From an uncultured delta proteobacterium (lineage in GTDB: Bacteria; Desulfobacterota; Desulfobaccia; Desulfobaccales; 0-14-0-80-60-11), in assembly GCA_963697965.1 (NCBI GenBank), contig OY969108.1:1981326-2045325 (forward strand): a DNA stretch of 64,000 nt, in the 5' to 3' direction. This document shows, piece by piece, positions 1 through 13,928 of this stretch. The notes beneath the pieces are model-generated. The model did no database searches. It was not told the DNA's origin and saw only the letters and a list, made by a program, of their open reading frames with translations. How positions within the stretch are numbered: the stretch's first letter is position 1; each line of letters starts with the position of its first letter. The position numbers and the translations under genes are program-made.

Positions 1-28
1 AAAATCTTTCTCCAAATGAGGATATGCC

Positions 29-616
29 GTGCCTGAGGTCGAACTCCCTAAACCGGAAGAGTTGGAAGAGATCAAGGCCAAGTCCTTTCCCCGCCGCGTC
101 GCCTTGATCACCGGCATTTTTGCGGTCATTCTGGCCATCAGCCACCTGGGGGGCGACATGGCTACCAAGGAGATGCTCATGGCCCAGCAGCAGGCTTCGG
201 ACCAATGGGCCTTCTTCCAGGCCAAGAACATCCGGGAGCATATCGATCGGAACCAAAAGACCATCCTGACCCTGAACCTGCTGGAAAAAGACGCCCTCAA
301 GCCCGAGGTCAGGCAACGCTACGAAGAGGAGTTGCGGCAGGTTACCGCAGCTGAGGGGCGCTACGCGGCTGAGAAGGATGAGATCGAGAAGGAGGCCAGA
401 CACTTGGAGCAGGAGCGCGACCTTTACCGCAGCAAGGACCCCTACTTCGAGTATGCCGAGGTGTTGCTGGCGATCGCCATTGTCATGTCCTCCATCGCCA
501 TTCTGGCCTACTCCCGGATGGCCCTGTCCATGGCCCTGGTCTCCGCCGGTCTGGGAACCCTGCTGGCCGCCAACGGGTTTCTACTGATAGTGCGCCTGCC
601 TTTCTTCACCCCCTAA
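29..616 (+). CDS. DUF4337-like membrane protein
   Basis: 195-aa ORF (GTG start). It has an N-terminal TM helix (VALITGIFAVILAI), an SDQWAFFQAKNIR motif that I associate with DUF4337, a long charged coiled-coil and C-terminal TM helices. Confidence 0.55.
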   Translation: MPEVELPKPEELEEIKAKSFPRRVALITGIFAVILAISHLGGDMATKEMLMAQQQASDQWAFFQAKNIREHIDRNQKTILTLNLLEKDALKPEVRQRYEEELRQVTAAEGRYAAEKDEIEKEARHLEQERDLYRSKDPYFEYAEVLLAIAIVMSSIAILAYSRMALSMALVSAGLGTLLAANGFLLIVRLPFFTP

Positions 617-678
617 AATCCTGAGAACACCCGAGGCCCCTAAGGTTGCCCCGGGCCTGATATTCCCGCCGGACTCCA

Positions 679-707
679 TTGACAGCGTACTTGATCAGGG
701 GTAAATT
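679..707 (+). promoter_or_regulatory. putative sigma70-type promoter (TTGACA-17 nt-TAAATT)
   Basis: TTGACA at 679-684, a 17-nt spacer, and TAAATT at 702-707. It lies about 35 nt upstream of the ORF starting at 742. Sequence pattern only. Confidence 0.3.
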
Positions 708-741
708 TAATTAATCACAAGGGAACAAAGGATGAGCCGAT

Positions 742-1047
742 ATGGAGATCAGAGATTACTGCGATTCCATGTATGCGGAGTTGACCAACCAGAAGGCGCG
801 GGTTTACGACATCCTCCGGGTGATAGACCAGATGCCGGTGGAGGCCAGGGCCAAGATCAGATCCCAGACCGATGAACTCCACATCCTGGTTGGAGATTTG
901 AGCCGGAGAATCGACCGGCTCATGAAGGAATGTCCTGCCGACTGGAGCAAGGCCAAGATGGAGATTGAGGGTCTGAAGGGGCAACTGCAGGAAAAGATCG
1001 ACTGGTGGGATGCCAACCATATAGCCGGGGGTTACGTCGGTGGGTAA
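742..1047 (+). CDS. hypothetical small coiled-coil protein
   Basis: 101-aa ORF with a GGA-rich RBS region upstream. I do not recognise a family. The antisense ORFs at this locus look like shadow ORFs. Confidence 0.4.
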   Translation: MEIRDYCDSMYAELTNQKARVYDILRVIDQMPVEARAKIRSQTDELHILVGDLSRRIDRLMKECPADWSKAKMEIEGLKGQLQEKIDWWDANHIAGGYVGG

Positions 1048-1069
1048 TCCCTGGGCAGTAATCGCGGCT

Positions 1070-1600
1070 CTACGGGCGCAGTAGATTTACTATTTCCGCG
1101 TCGAGGTGGCCCCCCTGCACCCGCAGCAGGGCCATGGTGACGGGTAAGGTGAATCTTCTGGGCCCGGCCGAGCCAGGGTTGAGGTAAAGGACTCCGTCTC
1201 GGCATTCCAACCGGGGTTGGTGCGAGTGTCCATAGATAACCGCCTGGAATTGAGGCCGCGAGGGTAAGCTCTGGTCAAGGGCCTGAAGATCGTGCAGAAC
1301 AGAGAGACGGGCGCCGCCCACCTCCAGCAACAGGCTCAGGGGCAGCCTCCGGGCCCATTCGCCTCGGTCGGTATTGCCCCTCACCGCCTTAACCGGGGCG
1401 ATTTCCTCCAGGGCCTCTAATACCCTGGGATGGCCGATATCCCCGGCGTGGATGATGAGCTCCACCCCCCGCAGGGCCTGGGCCGCCTGCGGCCTTAGTA
1501 GCCCGTGGGTGTCGGAGATGACGCCGATGAGATGTTGGCTCAAGGGCACAGGTAAGCAACCCCATTCACAATCCCCGGCTGGGCGGCGCCAATCCGCCAA
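1070..1600 (-). CDS. metallophosphoesterase, YfcE/MJ0936 family
   Basis: Motifs GVISDTHG, HAGD, GNTD and YGHSH...NPGS are typical of the small calcineurin-like phosphodiesterases. The start codon is uncertain. Confidence 0.8.
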   Translation of the reverse strand: MADWRRPAGDCEWGCLPVPLSQHLIGVISDTHGLLRPQAAQALRGVELIIHAGDIGHPRVLEALEEIAPVKAVRGNTDRGEWARRLPLSLLLEVGGARLSVLHDLQALDQSLPSRPQFQAVIYGHSHQPRLECRDGVLYLNPGSAGPRRFTLPVTMALLRVQGGHLDAEIVNLLRP

Positions 1601-1640
1601 AGAGCGGGAATAACCTCAACCCCAAACTTACGACTCTGGG

Positions 1641-3134
<1,494 letters not shown>

Positions 3135-3166
3135 ATTAAAACCTTGCCGGAGCGGCTAAAAGGTTT

Positions 3167-3191
3167 GGTAGCCGCAGGCTTTAGCCTGCGC
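3167..3191. repeat. REP hairpin, family D (GTAGCCGCAGGCTTTAGCCTGCG)
   Basis: Palindrome with a 5' GTAG. The same unit recurs at 16253, 16380 (inverted) and 53706. A second hairpin, gacacaggcatccggcctgtgggc, follows at 3210-3233. Confidence 0.7.
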
Positions 3192-3242
3192 TTTTTATTG
3201 ACGACTATGGACACAGGCATCCGGCCTGTGGGCTTTTCATTC

Positions 3243-3626
3243 TTAAGACTCGTTTAATAATGATAACAGTTTTCCGCGTAAACGGCTGGCAATATCAAGG
3301 GCGTGTGCGGCTTCCTCGCGATCGGCCGATTCGCCCGGATAACGGAAGACCACTGCGGCCCGAGTCAAAAAACGCAGATCATCCGAAAGCCAGGACCATT
3401 TCGGACATACTGGAGTCAATAACTGATCGAGAAAGGAGAGATCATGAGTTTTAGTGGGGATAGCTCCCAGGTGGATCAATAAAGCCTTCATCAATTTTTC
3501 GATACATTGCTGGGCATGGAAACAGACGGCATCGTAATTCGGCTGTTCCTTCGCGGCCAGTTCCCTTTTGGCGGTGGCCAAGTCCCTTTCCGCCTTTTCG
3601 ATCCATTCTTTAACGGTGTCGTTCAT
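3243..3626 (-). CDS. HEPN domain protein (toxin-like partner of MNT)
   Basis: 127 aa with an all-helical HEPN-like sequence (CFHAQQCIEKLMKALL...). It overlaps the upstream nucleotidyltransferase gene by 17 nt. Confidence 0.75.
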   Translation of the reverse strand: MNDTVKEWIEKAERDLATAKRELAAKEQPNYDAVCFHAQQCIEKLMKALLIHLGAIPTKTHDLSFLDQLLTPVCPKWSWLSDDLRFLTRAAVVFRYPGESADREEAAHALDIASRLRGKLLSLLNES

Positions 3627-3954
3627 ATAACACTTGGCCGTGGTCTAGAGCTTCCCTAATCAAGGGGTCGCCTTCCCGATAGCGGCGTTGGGTGTCATCG
3701 GGGCGCCGGGCCAGTAGATCAATGGGAAACCGGGGGTTGGTCCGGTTCAAAATTTCCAGGGATTTGCGCAAATTTTTCCCTTCAAAAGGCAGGACCACCA
3801 ATAGGTCGACGTCGGAATCCGGGGTCGGGTTGCCATAGGCATAGGAACCGAAGAGAATGATGCGTTCAGGTTGGAACTCCTGGACGATGAGGTTGCATAA
3901 TTCTTGGATGGTTTGGTTGTCTACCATGGCAGTCTCAACTAGTTGGAGGGACAC
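3610..3954 (-). CDS. minimal nucleotidyltransferase (MNT) domain protein
   Basis: The LFGSYAYGNPTPDSDVDLLVV motif matches the GS-x9-12-D-x-D pol-beta-fold nucleotidyltransferase signature. It is paired with the HEPN gene. Confidence 0.8.
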   Translation of the reverse strand: MSLQLVETAMVDNQTIQELCNLIVQEFQPERIILFGSYAYGNPTPDSDVDLLVVLPFEGKNLRKSLEILNRTNPRFPIDLLARRPDDTQRRYREGDPLIREALDHGQVLYERHR

Positions 3955-4528
3955 TATCTGCTTGCTCTATAGAACGTTCCTTTTCAATGCGTTCTAAAAT
4001 TATTTTCTGGAGCCCCTTCTCAATTGTTGATTCAAATGTCTTGCCTACCGATGTAGATACCTGAATTTTAGTATATTTCACCCTAGATTTAGTGTGATGC
4101 TTATAAAAGTCTTTTATAAAACCTTCAAGCCATTTTCTTTCCCCACCCAAAGGAATGTAATAGTTGGCTTGTTCCCCGTCCCTAAGGCACACCGGCAAAG
4201 GACTTGACAATCCATTTGGTTCTGTTACTTGAATAGCATATTGCCTTTGATTTTTAAAAAAACCAACCTTCCATCCAATATTTGTGATTTGTGCTTCCCT
4301 ATGACCAATGTTAACAATATGTATCACAAGATATTCTGGATGAGGCCCTTTTTGTCCTGGAGTAACGATTAGCCGATGTCCAGCACTGACATCTATCCTT
4401 AACCGCTTATCTTGACGAGCAAAATATATGGCTACCCAAACCGCCGCAATAGTACCAATAGCCGAGAGCCACGGCGCAAAGGTGTTTATGAATTTAAATG
4501 TTTCTTTGTCGGAAATGGCATTCTCCAT
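3935..4528 (-). CDS. hypothetical membrane-anchored protein (low-GC orphan)
   Basis: 197-aa ORF with one N-terminal TM helix (WLSAIGTIAAVWVAIYF). The region is visibly AT-richer than its flanks. No recognisable family. Confidence 0.4.
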   Translation of the reverse strand: MENAISDKETFKFINTFAPWLSAIGTIAAVWVAIYFARQDKRLRIDVSAGHRLIVTPGQKGPHPEYLVIHIVNIGHREAQITNIGWKVGFFKNQRQYAIQVTEPNGLSSPLPVCLRDGEQANYYIPLGGERKWLEGFIKDFYKHHTKSRVKYTKIQVSTSVGKTFESTIEKGLQKIILERIEKERSIEQADSVPPTS

Positions 4529-4561
4529 AGTAGCAAGACGCCTTCGCCACCCAAAATGAAA

Positions 4562-7840
<3,279 letters not shown>

Positions 7841-8246
7841 AATTTGTCGCTGGCTATTGTGATGCTTCGCAAATACGGTGGTATTGAAACGACTGAGAAC
7901 CTAAGTCCCGGTGGTGTCTCAGTCCCAATGGTATCAAAGTCACCCTTTGGAAAAGGGGGATGTAAGGAGGTTAATTTAAATCCCCCCTGCCCCCTATCGT
8001 GTCCGGCAAGATTTTTGCTTATCGCCCCTTAATCTAAGCCAGCAAATCTCCATCTCTTTGATTAACTAATGGAGTTATCATGGTTTTTCCCCTCTCTCTC
8101 ACTGGGGGAGAGGGCAGGGTAAGGGGGAAGTATTCAGTCCTCGAAACCACCTATGCCATCGCCCCGGCAATGTAGGAGATGGCTTAATCTCAGGTGAATA
8201 GGCGGTCCCAAGGCCGCCGCGGCGATGCGCTTCCCCGCCAGGCCTT

Positions 8247-9371
8247 TCAAACCTGGCCCACCATCTTGAGAAATTCCTCGAAAAGATAATGGGCGTCATG
8301 AGGCCCCGGGGAGGCCTCCGGGTGGTACTGCACCGAAAAGGCCTTGAGCCCCTTATGGCGCAGCCCCTCCAGGGTGCCGTCATTCAGGTTGACGTGGGTC
8401 GACTCCACCCCGGGGTCGCGAATGGACTCCAGGTCCACCGCAAAGCCGTGATTCTGGGAGGTGATTTCCACCCGGCCGGAGAGAGCGCTCTTTACCGGTT
8501 GGTTGGCGCCCCGGTGGCCGAACTTGAGCTTGAAGGTGCGGCCGCCCAGGGCCAGGCCCATTAGCTGGTGCCCCAGGCAGATGCCGAACATGGGGACGGC
8601 GCCCAGACACTGGCGCACATTGTCGATGGCGTAAGTGACCGCGGCGGGATCCCCAGGGCCGTTGCTGAGGATGAGGCCCGCGGGTTTGAGAGCCAGCACC
8701 TGCTCAGCCGGGGTGGTGGCCGGCACCACCAGCACCTGGAGGCCTTTTTCGAGTAAGTTACTGATTATATTGAACTTAACTCCATAATCATAGAGCACCA
8801 CCTTCCTGCCGGTACGCTGGGACCACAAGGTCTTTAGATCGGTGTCGTCGGTGTCCGCGGCAAACTGCGGCCACCAGTAGGGCCGCCGGCAGGTAACCAG
8901 GGGCACCAGGTCCAGGCCATCCATGCTAGGCAGCTCCCGGGCCCGGCGCACCAGAGACTCGGGGTCCAGGTCCCGGGTGGAGATGAGCCCCCGCATAGCC
9001 CCCACTTCCCGGAGGCGCTTGGTGATGGCCCGGGTGTCGAAGCCCTCCACCCCCAGCTTGCCCGCAGCCCGGAGGTAATCGGCCAGGTTCCCCTGGGACC
9101 GCCAGTTGGAAGGGTAGGGGTGGTACTCTTTGACAATGAAGCCCTCCACCGCTACCCCCCGGGATTCCACATCTTCGGGGTTGACCCCGTAATTTCCTAT
9201 CAAGGGATAAGTCATGGTGACGATCTGGCCCTTGTAGGAGGGGTCGGTGAGCATCTCCTGGTATCCGGTCATGGCGGTGTTGAACACCACCTCGCCGCCG
9301 GATTCCCCCTCGCCGGTAAAGGATCGCCCCCGCAAGACCAAACCGTCTTCCAAAGCCAATAACGCCTGCAA
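8247..9371 (-). CDS. carA: carbamoyl-phosphate synthase small (glutaminase) subunit
   Basis: 374 aa with [10 protein letters not shown] and GICLGHQL (the catalytic Cys of a class-I amidotransferase). It is separated from carB by about 400 bp of repeat-rich spacer. Confidence 0.95.
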   Translation of the reverse strand: MQALLALEDGLVLRGRSFTGEGESGGEVVFNTAMTGYQEMLTDPSYKGQIVTMTYPLIGNYGVNPEDVESRGVAVEGFIVKEYHPYPSNWRSQGNLADYLRAAGKLGVEGFDTRAITKRLREVGAMRGLISTRDLDPESLVRRARELPSMDGLDLVPLVTCRRPYWWPQFAADTDDTDLKTLWSQRTGRKVVLYDYGVKFNIISNLLEKGLQVLVVPATTPAEQVLALKPAGLILSNGPGDPAAVTYAIDNVRQCLGAVPMFGICLGHQLMGLALGGRTFKLKFGHRGANQPVKSALSGRVEITSQNHGFAVDLESIRDPGVESTHVNLNDGTLEGLRHKGLKAFSVQYHPEASPGPHDAHYLFEEFLKMVGQV

Positions 9372-9642
9372 AGTGATGACCTCGTAGCCGGGGTAATTTT
9401 CTAGAAAATTATAACATAATCCATGGCTGGGCGTCGGCTAAATTTTCCAGGTACAAACCCTAATTTGAGGGGCCAGAGGCCGTGCCCTAAGGAGTGAAGG
9501 TCCAGGAAATCCAGGCGGGACGCTGGCCCCGTAGACCGGCTGCATATAAAGCCCCTGGCGAGGCGATTGGCAGCCAGGCAAGGCTAAACCCTTGCCTGAC
9601 TCCAAGGAACGTCCGCTGAGTCCGGTAAAGTTTTTGCTTGGA

Positions 9643-9672
9643 GGTAGGTGGTACGGGCACTGCCCACCAAAC
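9643..9672. repeat. REP hairpin, family B variant (GGCACTGCCCACC core)
   Basis: ggtaggtggtacgggcactgcccaccaaacc. This is related to the GTAGGGTGGGCACTGCCCACC units found elsewhere in the window. Confidence 0.6.
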
Positions 9673-9720
9673 CCCGGGGGCTGTCGTCACCCAGGCACGT
9701 CCAACCTGGGAGTTTGACCG

Positions 9721-11079
9721 CTAAGTGCGGCGCTGCCCCAACCTGGCGGCCTGCTTTCGCCAAAGCCCGGCGATCAGCTCCGCCTGGCGTCGGGCCGCGC
9801 CTTGATGGGGGACCAAGGTCGCCTGGGCTCTGGCCCCCAAATCCCGGCGGAGTTCCGGGTTTTTCAAAAGCCGGTCCACCGCGGCGGCGAGCGACGCGGC
9901 GTCCGCCACCCTGATCCCGGCACCGGAGTCATCAGCTTCCAGGATGTCTTGGGCCCAACGGAAGTTGGAGAGGTTGGGGCCATAAAGAGGTGCCCGGCCC
10001 CAGGCCGCAGCCTCCAGGATATTTTGGCCCCCATGGGGGACCAGGCTGCCTCCCACAAAAGCGACGTCCGTGGCCCCGTAGAGGCTGAAGAGGTCGCCGA
10101 TGGTGTCGATGAGCACCACCGGCTGGGTCCGCACTTCTAATCCCGCCTTCAGCCGGCTCCAGAGATGGGCAGGCAAACGGTACTTCGCTCCCACCAAATT
10201 ATCCCGCAAGCCCGGGGCGCGCTCGGGATGCCTGGGCGCCAGCACCAGGAGCAAGGAAGGGTAGGGACCCAGGAGCTCCTTGTAGGCGGCCAGCACTATT
10301 TCCTCTTCGCCGGCATGGGTGGAGGCGGCCAGCCAGACCGGCTCGCCCCCGGAAACTTCCTGGCCGCCGTGCAGCAGCCGCTGAAATTGGGCGGACTCTG
10401 CCTCATTCCGGTCCTGGAACAGGCGGTCGCACTTCAGGTTGCCGCTGAGCCGTATTTTGGCCGGGTCCAGGCCCACGGCCAACAGGCGTTGATAATCGAG
10501 GGGTGTTCCAGGAATAATAAGGTCGTAATGATTAATTAATTCATTGGTGTACCGACGATATCTAAGGTATCTTCTGAAGCTTTGCCCGGAAACTCGGGCG
10601 TTGGCTAGGGCCAGGAGAACGCCGCGCTGCCTGGCCAGGTTAAGAAAATTAGGCCAGATCTCCGATTCCAGGGTAATGACCAGATGAGGCTCCAGTCTTT
10701 CCAGGTAGCGCTGCACCGTCCAGGGAATATCCAGGGGAAAGTAGCAGACCCTGGCCCCCAAAGGCGAAAAATATTTGCGAGCCAGGGCCTGGCCGGTTTC
10801 AGTACCGGTGCTGACGATGAAGGCGGCCCCGGGGAGCAAACCTTGCAGTTCCCGGACCAGGGGCAGGGCCGCCAGGATTTCTCCCACGGAAATCCCGTGC
10901 AGCCAGAGACGCGGCTGCCCCGGAGGAGGGCCGCCGGGGAGGTCCAGACCCAGGCGGGGGCGAAAGCTCTCGCCCCGGCCCCTCGATTTCAGGTGCCAAT
11001 AAAAAAAAGGCCAGCCAAATAAGCCGACCAGGGTGCTCAAGCCCTCATATGCGAGGTTAATCAAGGTATTATCAGACAT
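9721..11079 (-). CDS. waaA: 3-deoxy-D-manno-octulosonic acid (Kdo) transferase
   Basis: 452 aa. The WLHGISVGEILAALPLVREL motif and overall layout resemble WaaA/KdtA (GT30 family). Confidence 0.85.
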   Translation of the reverse strand: MSDNTLINLAYEGLSTLVGLFGWPFFYWHLKSRGRGESFRPRLGLDLPGGPPPGQPRLWLHGISVGEILAALPLVRELQGLLPGAAFIVSTGTETGQALARKYFSPLGARVCYFPLDIPWTVQRYLERLEPHLVITLESEIWPNFLNLARQRGVLLALANARVSGQSFRRYLRYRRYTNELINHYDLIIPGTPLDYQRLLAVGLDPAKIRLSGNLKCDRLFQDRNEAESAQFQRLLHGGQEVSGGEPVWLAASTHAGEEEIVLAAYKELLGPYPSLLLVLAPRHPERAPGLRDNLVGAKYRLPAHLWSRLKAGLEVRTQPVVLIDTIGDLFSLYGATDVAFVGGSLVPHGGQNILEAAAWGRAPLYGPNLSNFRWAQDILEADDSGAGIRVADAASLAAAVDRLLKNPELRRDLGARAQATLVPHQGAARRQAELIAGLWRKQAARLGQRRT

Positions 11080-11081
11080 TT

Positions 11082-11546
11082 CTAATGTATGTTCTTAAGT
11101 TTAGCCAACCAGTGGCGGCGTATCTGAAGGTAGTCGGCCAGAATGGCGGCGTGATCGAAGGCCATCTCCTGGGGTAAGTCTTTCAGGCCAAAGATCTCCA
11201 GGCTCCGGGCATCGTCCGCGGCCTGGGGTGTCCCCAGTGCCCGGGCCACGAATACGGTGGTGATGTTATGCCGTCTCGGGTCTCGCCGGGGATCGGAATA
11301 GGTGTGCAACTGGCCGAGGAGTTCCACCTTAAGACTGGTTTCCTCCACGGCCTCGCGGCAGGCGGCGGCCTCCAGTGATTCGCCGTAGTCCACGTAGCCG
11401 CCGGGCAAGGCCCATCCCAGAGGCGGATTGGCTCTCTGGATCAGAACGATCCCCTTGAGGGGAATCTCGATAATGATGTCGACCGTAGGGGCCGGTGATC
11501 GCCGGGCCGGGAGGGTCTGGCCGCATTTAGGACATTTTTCTGACAT
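11082..11546 (-). CDS. NUDIX hydrolase with N-terminal zinc ribbon
   Basis: CPKCGQ at the N-terminus, and a Nudix box [24 protein letters not shown]. Confidence 0.85.
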   Translation of the reverse strand: MSEKCPKCGQTLPARRSPAPTVDIIIEIPLKGIVLIQRANPPLGWALPGGYVDYGESLEAAACREAVEETSLKVELLGQLHTYSDPRRDPRRHNITTVFVARALGTPQAADDARSLEIFGLKDLPQEMAFDHAAILADYLQIRRHWLAKLKNIH

Positions 11547-11600
11547 CTTCTTGTGGTAGTTTACATAATATATATTATCAGACGTATCTTATTAGGTCCC

Positions 11601-12167
11601 CTAAAACTCCCGCTTAGCAAATTTCTTTAAATCTTGATAATTAACCGCGACAATTTGCCAGGTGCCCCTCTTAGGTTGCCGCTGCATCTGGAAATGAAAC
11701 GGCTCTTTGGTCTTGGGGTCCACCAGGGTCACTCGGGCATCATCCCCCTGGACTTCGATCTGCGCCGTGGTAGCCGCGGTGGCAATCGCCAGTATTTGCC
11801 TATTATCCAGATTTAGCAGATATTTCTCCATCATCTGGCGGATCTGCTTTTCCAGGGCGCCGGACAGGTTGGACAACACTAATCGGGCCAAATGCCGCCC
11901 CATTTCCTGCGTTTTCCGGTCCCAGGGGGCTTCTGAGCCCCCTTTGTCGTCGTCGGAATTGGGGAGAGCTGATTCCGCCATATTATTGGCAATTGCCTTT
12001 ATATTCACATACTTAAATAACTGGTCCATATTCCTGGTCTTAAGATCCAGGGCCATACGCTGCAAGGCGTAACGGGGCGAGGCGATCCAGCTCCGGTAAA
12101 GGCCGGCGCCCAGGACCACAACCAAAATCCCCGCGATCAGGCAGACCAACAAGGTCCGACGCCGCAT
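11601..12167 (-). CDS. membrane-anchored hypothetical protein (DUF2939-like)
   Basis: The start is taken at ATG 12167 (MRRRTLLVCLIAGILVVVLGAG = TM helix). SPRYALQRMALDLKTRNMDQLFKYVN resembles the DUF2939 N-terminus. The longer 232-aa version reads into the intergenic region. Confidence 0.45.
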   Translation of the reverse strand: MRRRTLLVCLIAGILVVVLGAGLYRSWIASPRYALQRMALDLKTRNMDQLFKYVNIKAIANNMAESALPNSDDDKGGSEAPWDRKTQEMGRHLARLVLSNLSGALEKQIRQMMEKYLLNLDNRQILAIATAATTAQIEVQGDDARVTLVDPKTKEPFHFQMQRQPKRGTWQIVAVNYQDLKKFAKREF

Positions 12168-12423
12168 GAGACCAGACCTCCCTATAGTGAGCTTGGCTTC
12201 GCCATGCTTTTCAGATAGATATACTATAACCTGAAGGGGGAATCGAGGCCACATTGCAGGACGCAAGCCGCGGCGCCATTGAGCAAAGCCGCTTACCACG
12301 GGACTTTACGAGGACGAATGCATATAAAGCCCCTGGAGGGGCGATTTTTCATCAGGCAAGGGTTTTGGTTAGGGGCTGTTTTCCATTTTCCATTTTCAGC
12401 TCATCCAGATTTGTTTTGTATAA

Positions 12424-12565
12424 AACCGAAGACTGAAAAGCAAACTGAAACCTGAAACTAGAAACCAAAAGGCAGAAACCAGAAATAGAACAAAAAATAG
12501 AAAATGAAAATTCGAAACTGTAAACTGAAAACGGAAAAGGGAAAACGGAAAACACCAAAAAACGG
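12424..12565 (+). repeat. degenerate GAAAC/GAAAAC-type tandem array (largest copy)
   Basis: About 140 nt of ctgaaaagcaaactgaaacctgaaactagaaaccaaaaggcagaaacc...aaaacggaaaagggaaaacggaaaac. It is purine-rich on the + strand and lies 30 nt upstream of the ORF at 12595. Confidence 0.8.
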
Positions 12566-12594
12566 GCATTGACCCAACACGAGAAAGAGACTGA

Positions 12595-13794
12595 TTGATC
12601 ATGGAATACTGGGACTCAGGCGGGACAAGATTGCCGGTAGTGCGGATCAACGCCAAGGGCCTGCGCTGGCAGCGCCGCGGCCACCCCTGGCTGTACCGGG
12701 ACGACCTGGACGGCGAGGTCGCGCTTCCCTCCGGGGAGTTGGCCGCGGTAGTGGCGCCCGGGGACCGTTTCCTGGGGCAGGCCTTTTATAGCGCCAAGTC
12801 CCGCATCGCCCTGCGTTTGGTCAGTTCTGGCCCGGAGCCGGTGACTGCAGCTTTTTGGGAGGAACGCCTTCTCAGCGCCCTGGCGTACCGGCAGCGCCTG
12901 GTCCGGGACAGCGACGCCCGCCGCCTCATCTACGCCGAAGCCGACGGCTTCCCAGGCCTGGTGGTAGACTCCTACGCCGGCCACCTGGTGCTGCAGGCCA
13001 ACCACCCGGGTCCGGCCAGGCTCCTGCCGGAGACCTTCTTGCCGCTGCTTACCCGGCACCTGGCCCCCAAATCCATCACCCTGCGCCATGACGGCGAGGC
13101 GCGCTTGCTGGAGGGGTTACCCCAGGAAGTCCAAACGGTGTCAGGAGAATTGCCTGACCGGGTGGAGGTGCGGGAAGGTGAGGCGCGTCTCTGGGTGGAT
13201 ATCCGGGGCGGCCAGAAGACGGGCCTTTTCCTCGATCAGCGGGAAAACCGCAGCCTCGCGGCAACGCTGTCCAGGGGCCGGGTTCTGGATGCCTTCGCCT
13301 ACCAGGGGGCCTTTGCTATGCACCTGGCTCCCTTAGCCGACGAGGTCATCCTGGTGGAAAGCTCCGCCGCGGCCCTGGCAATGGCCAAGCAAAATGCGCT
13401 TCTCAATAACCTGAATAATATCGAATTGGTGCGGGAAAACGTCTTTGCCTACCTGAAGGCCGCGGTGGCCGCGGGCAAACGCTTCGACTGCATTGTCTTG
13501 GACCCGCCTGCCTTTGCCAGGAGCCGGGGGGAGCGCGCCGCGGCCCTCAAAGGCTACCGCGAAATCAACCGCCGGGCCTTTCAGCTACTCTCCCCAGGCG
13601 GGACGCTGATCACCTGCTCTTGCTCCTATAACCTCAGCGAGCCGGATTTTCTCGGGATAGTCCGGGAGGCTGCCGCTGAGGCCCACCGCCAGGCCCGTAT
13701 GGTGGAGCGCCGGGGCGCCGCCAGGGACCACCCTGCCCTCCTCTCGCTGCCGGAAAGCCTCTACTTAAAGTGCCTGATCCTGGAAGTGCTTTAG
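12595..13794 (+). CDS. class I SAM-dependent rRNA methyltransferase, RlmI-like (PUA + MTase)
   Basis: 399 aa with an N-terminal PUA-like region, VLDAFAYQGAFA (SAM motif I) and VLDPPAF (motif IV), as in RlmI/YccW-type m5C methyltransferases. Confidence 0.8.
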   Translation: MIMEYWDSGGTRLPVVRINAKGLRWQRRGHPWLYRDDLDGEVALPSGELAAVVAPGDRFLGQAFYSAKSRIALRLVSSGPEPVTAAFWEERLLSALAYRQRLVRDSDARRLIYAEADGFPGLVVDSYAGHLVLQANHPGPARLLPETFLPLLTRHLAPKSITLRHDGEARLLEGLPQEVQTVSGELPDRVEVREGEARLWVDIRGGQKTGLFLDQRENRSLAATLSRGRVLDAFAYQGAFAMHLAPLADEVILVESSAAALAMAKQNALLNNLNNIELVRENVFAYLKAAVAAGKRFDCIVLDPPAFARSRGERAAALKGYREINRRAFQLLSPGGTLITCSCSYNLSEPDFLGIVREAAAEAHRQARMVERRGAARDHPALLSLPESLYLKCLILEVL

Positions 13795-13928
13795 GCTGGG
13801 CCTGTTTCCATCAACGTGTATTAAAGTCGTGGGTTTTATACCGAATTAGCTGTTAGAATCTTTGTGGATATTTGTGTTATCATTTCTTTTTTTGACGGTA
13901 AAAGCACTGAAGGGGCAAGGTAGCTTCT

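Noticed and set aside
12424-12565. CRISPR array. The same idea was considered for the 26-nt repeats at 49095-49198.
   Set aside because: The units are 5-9 nt degenerate repeats, or 26-nt repeats with no spacers. No unique spacers, leader or cas genes are present.
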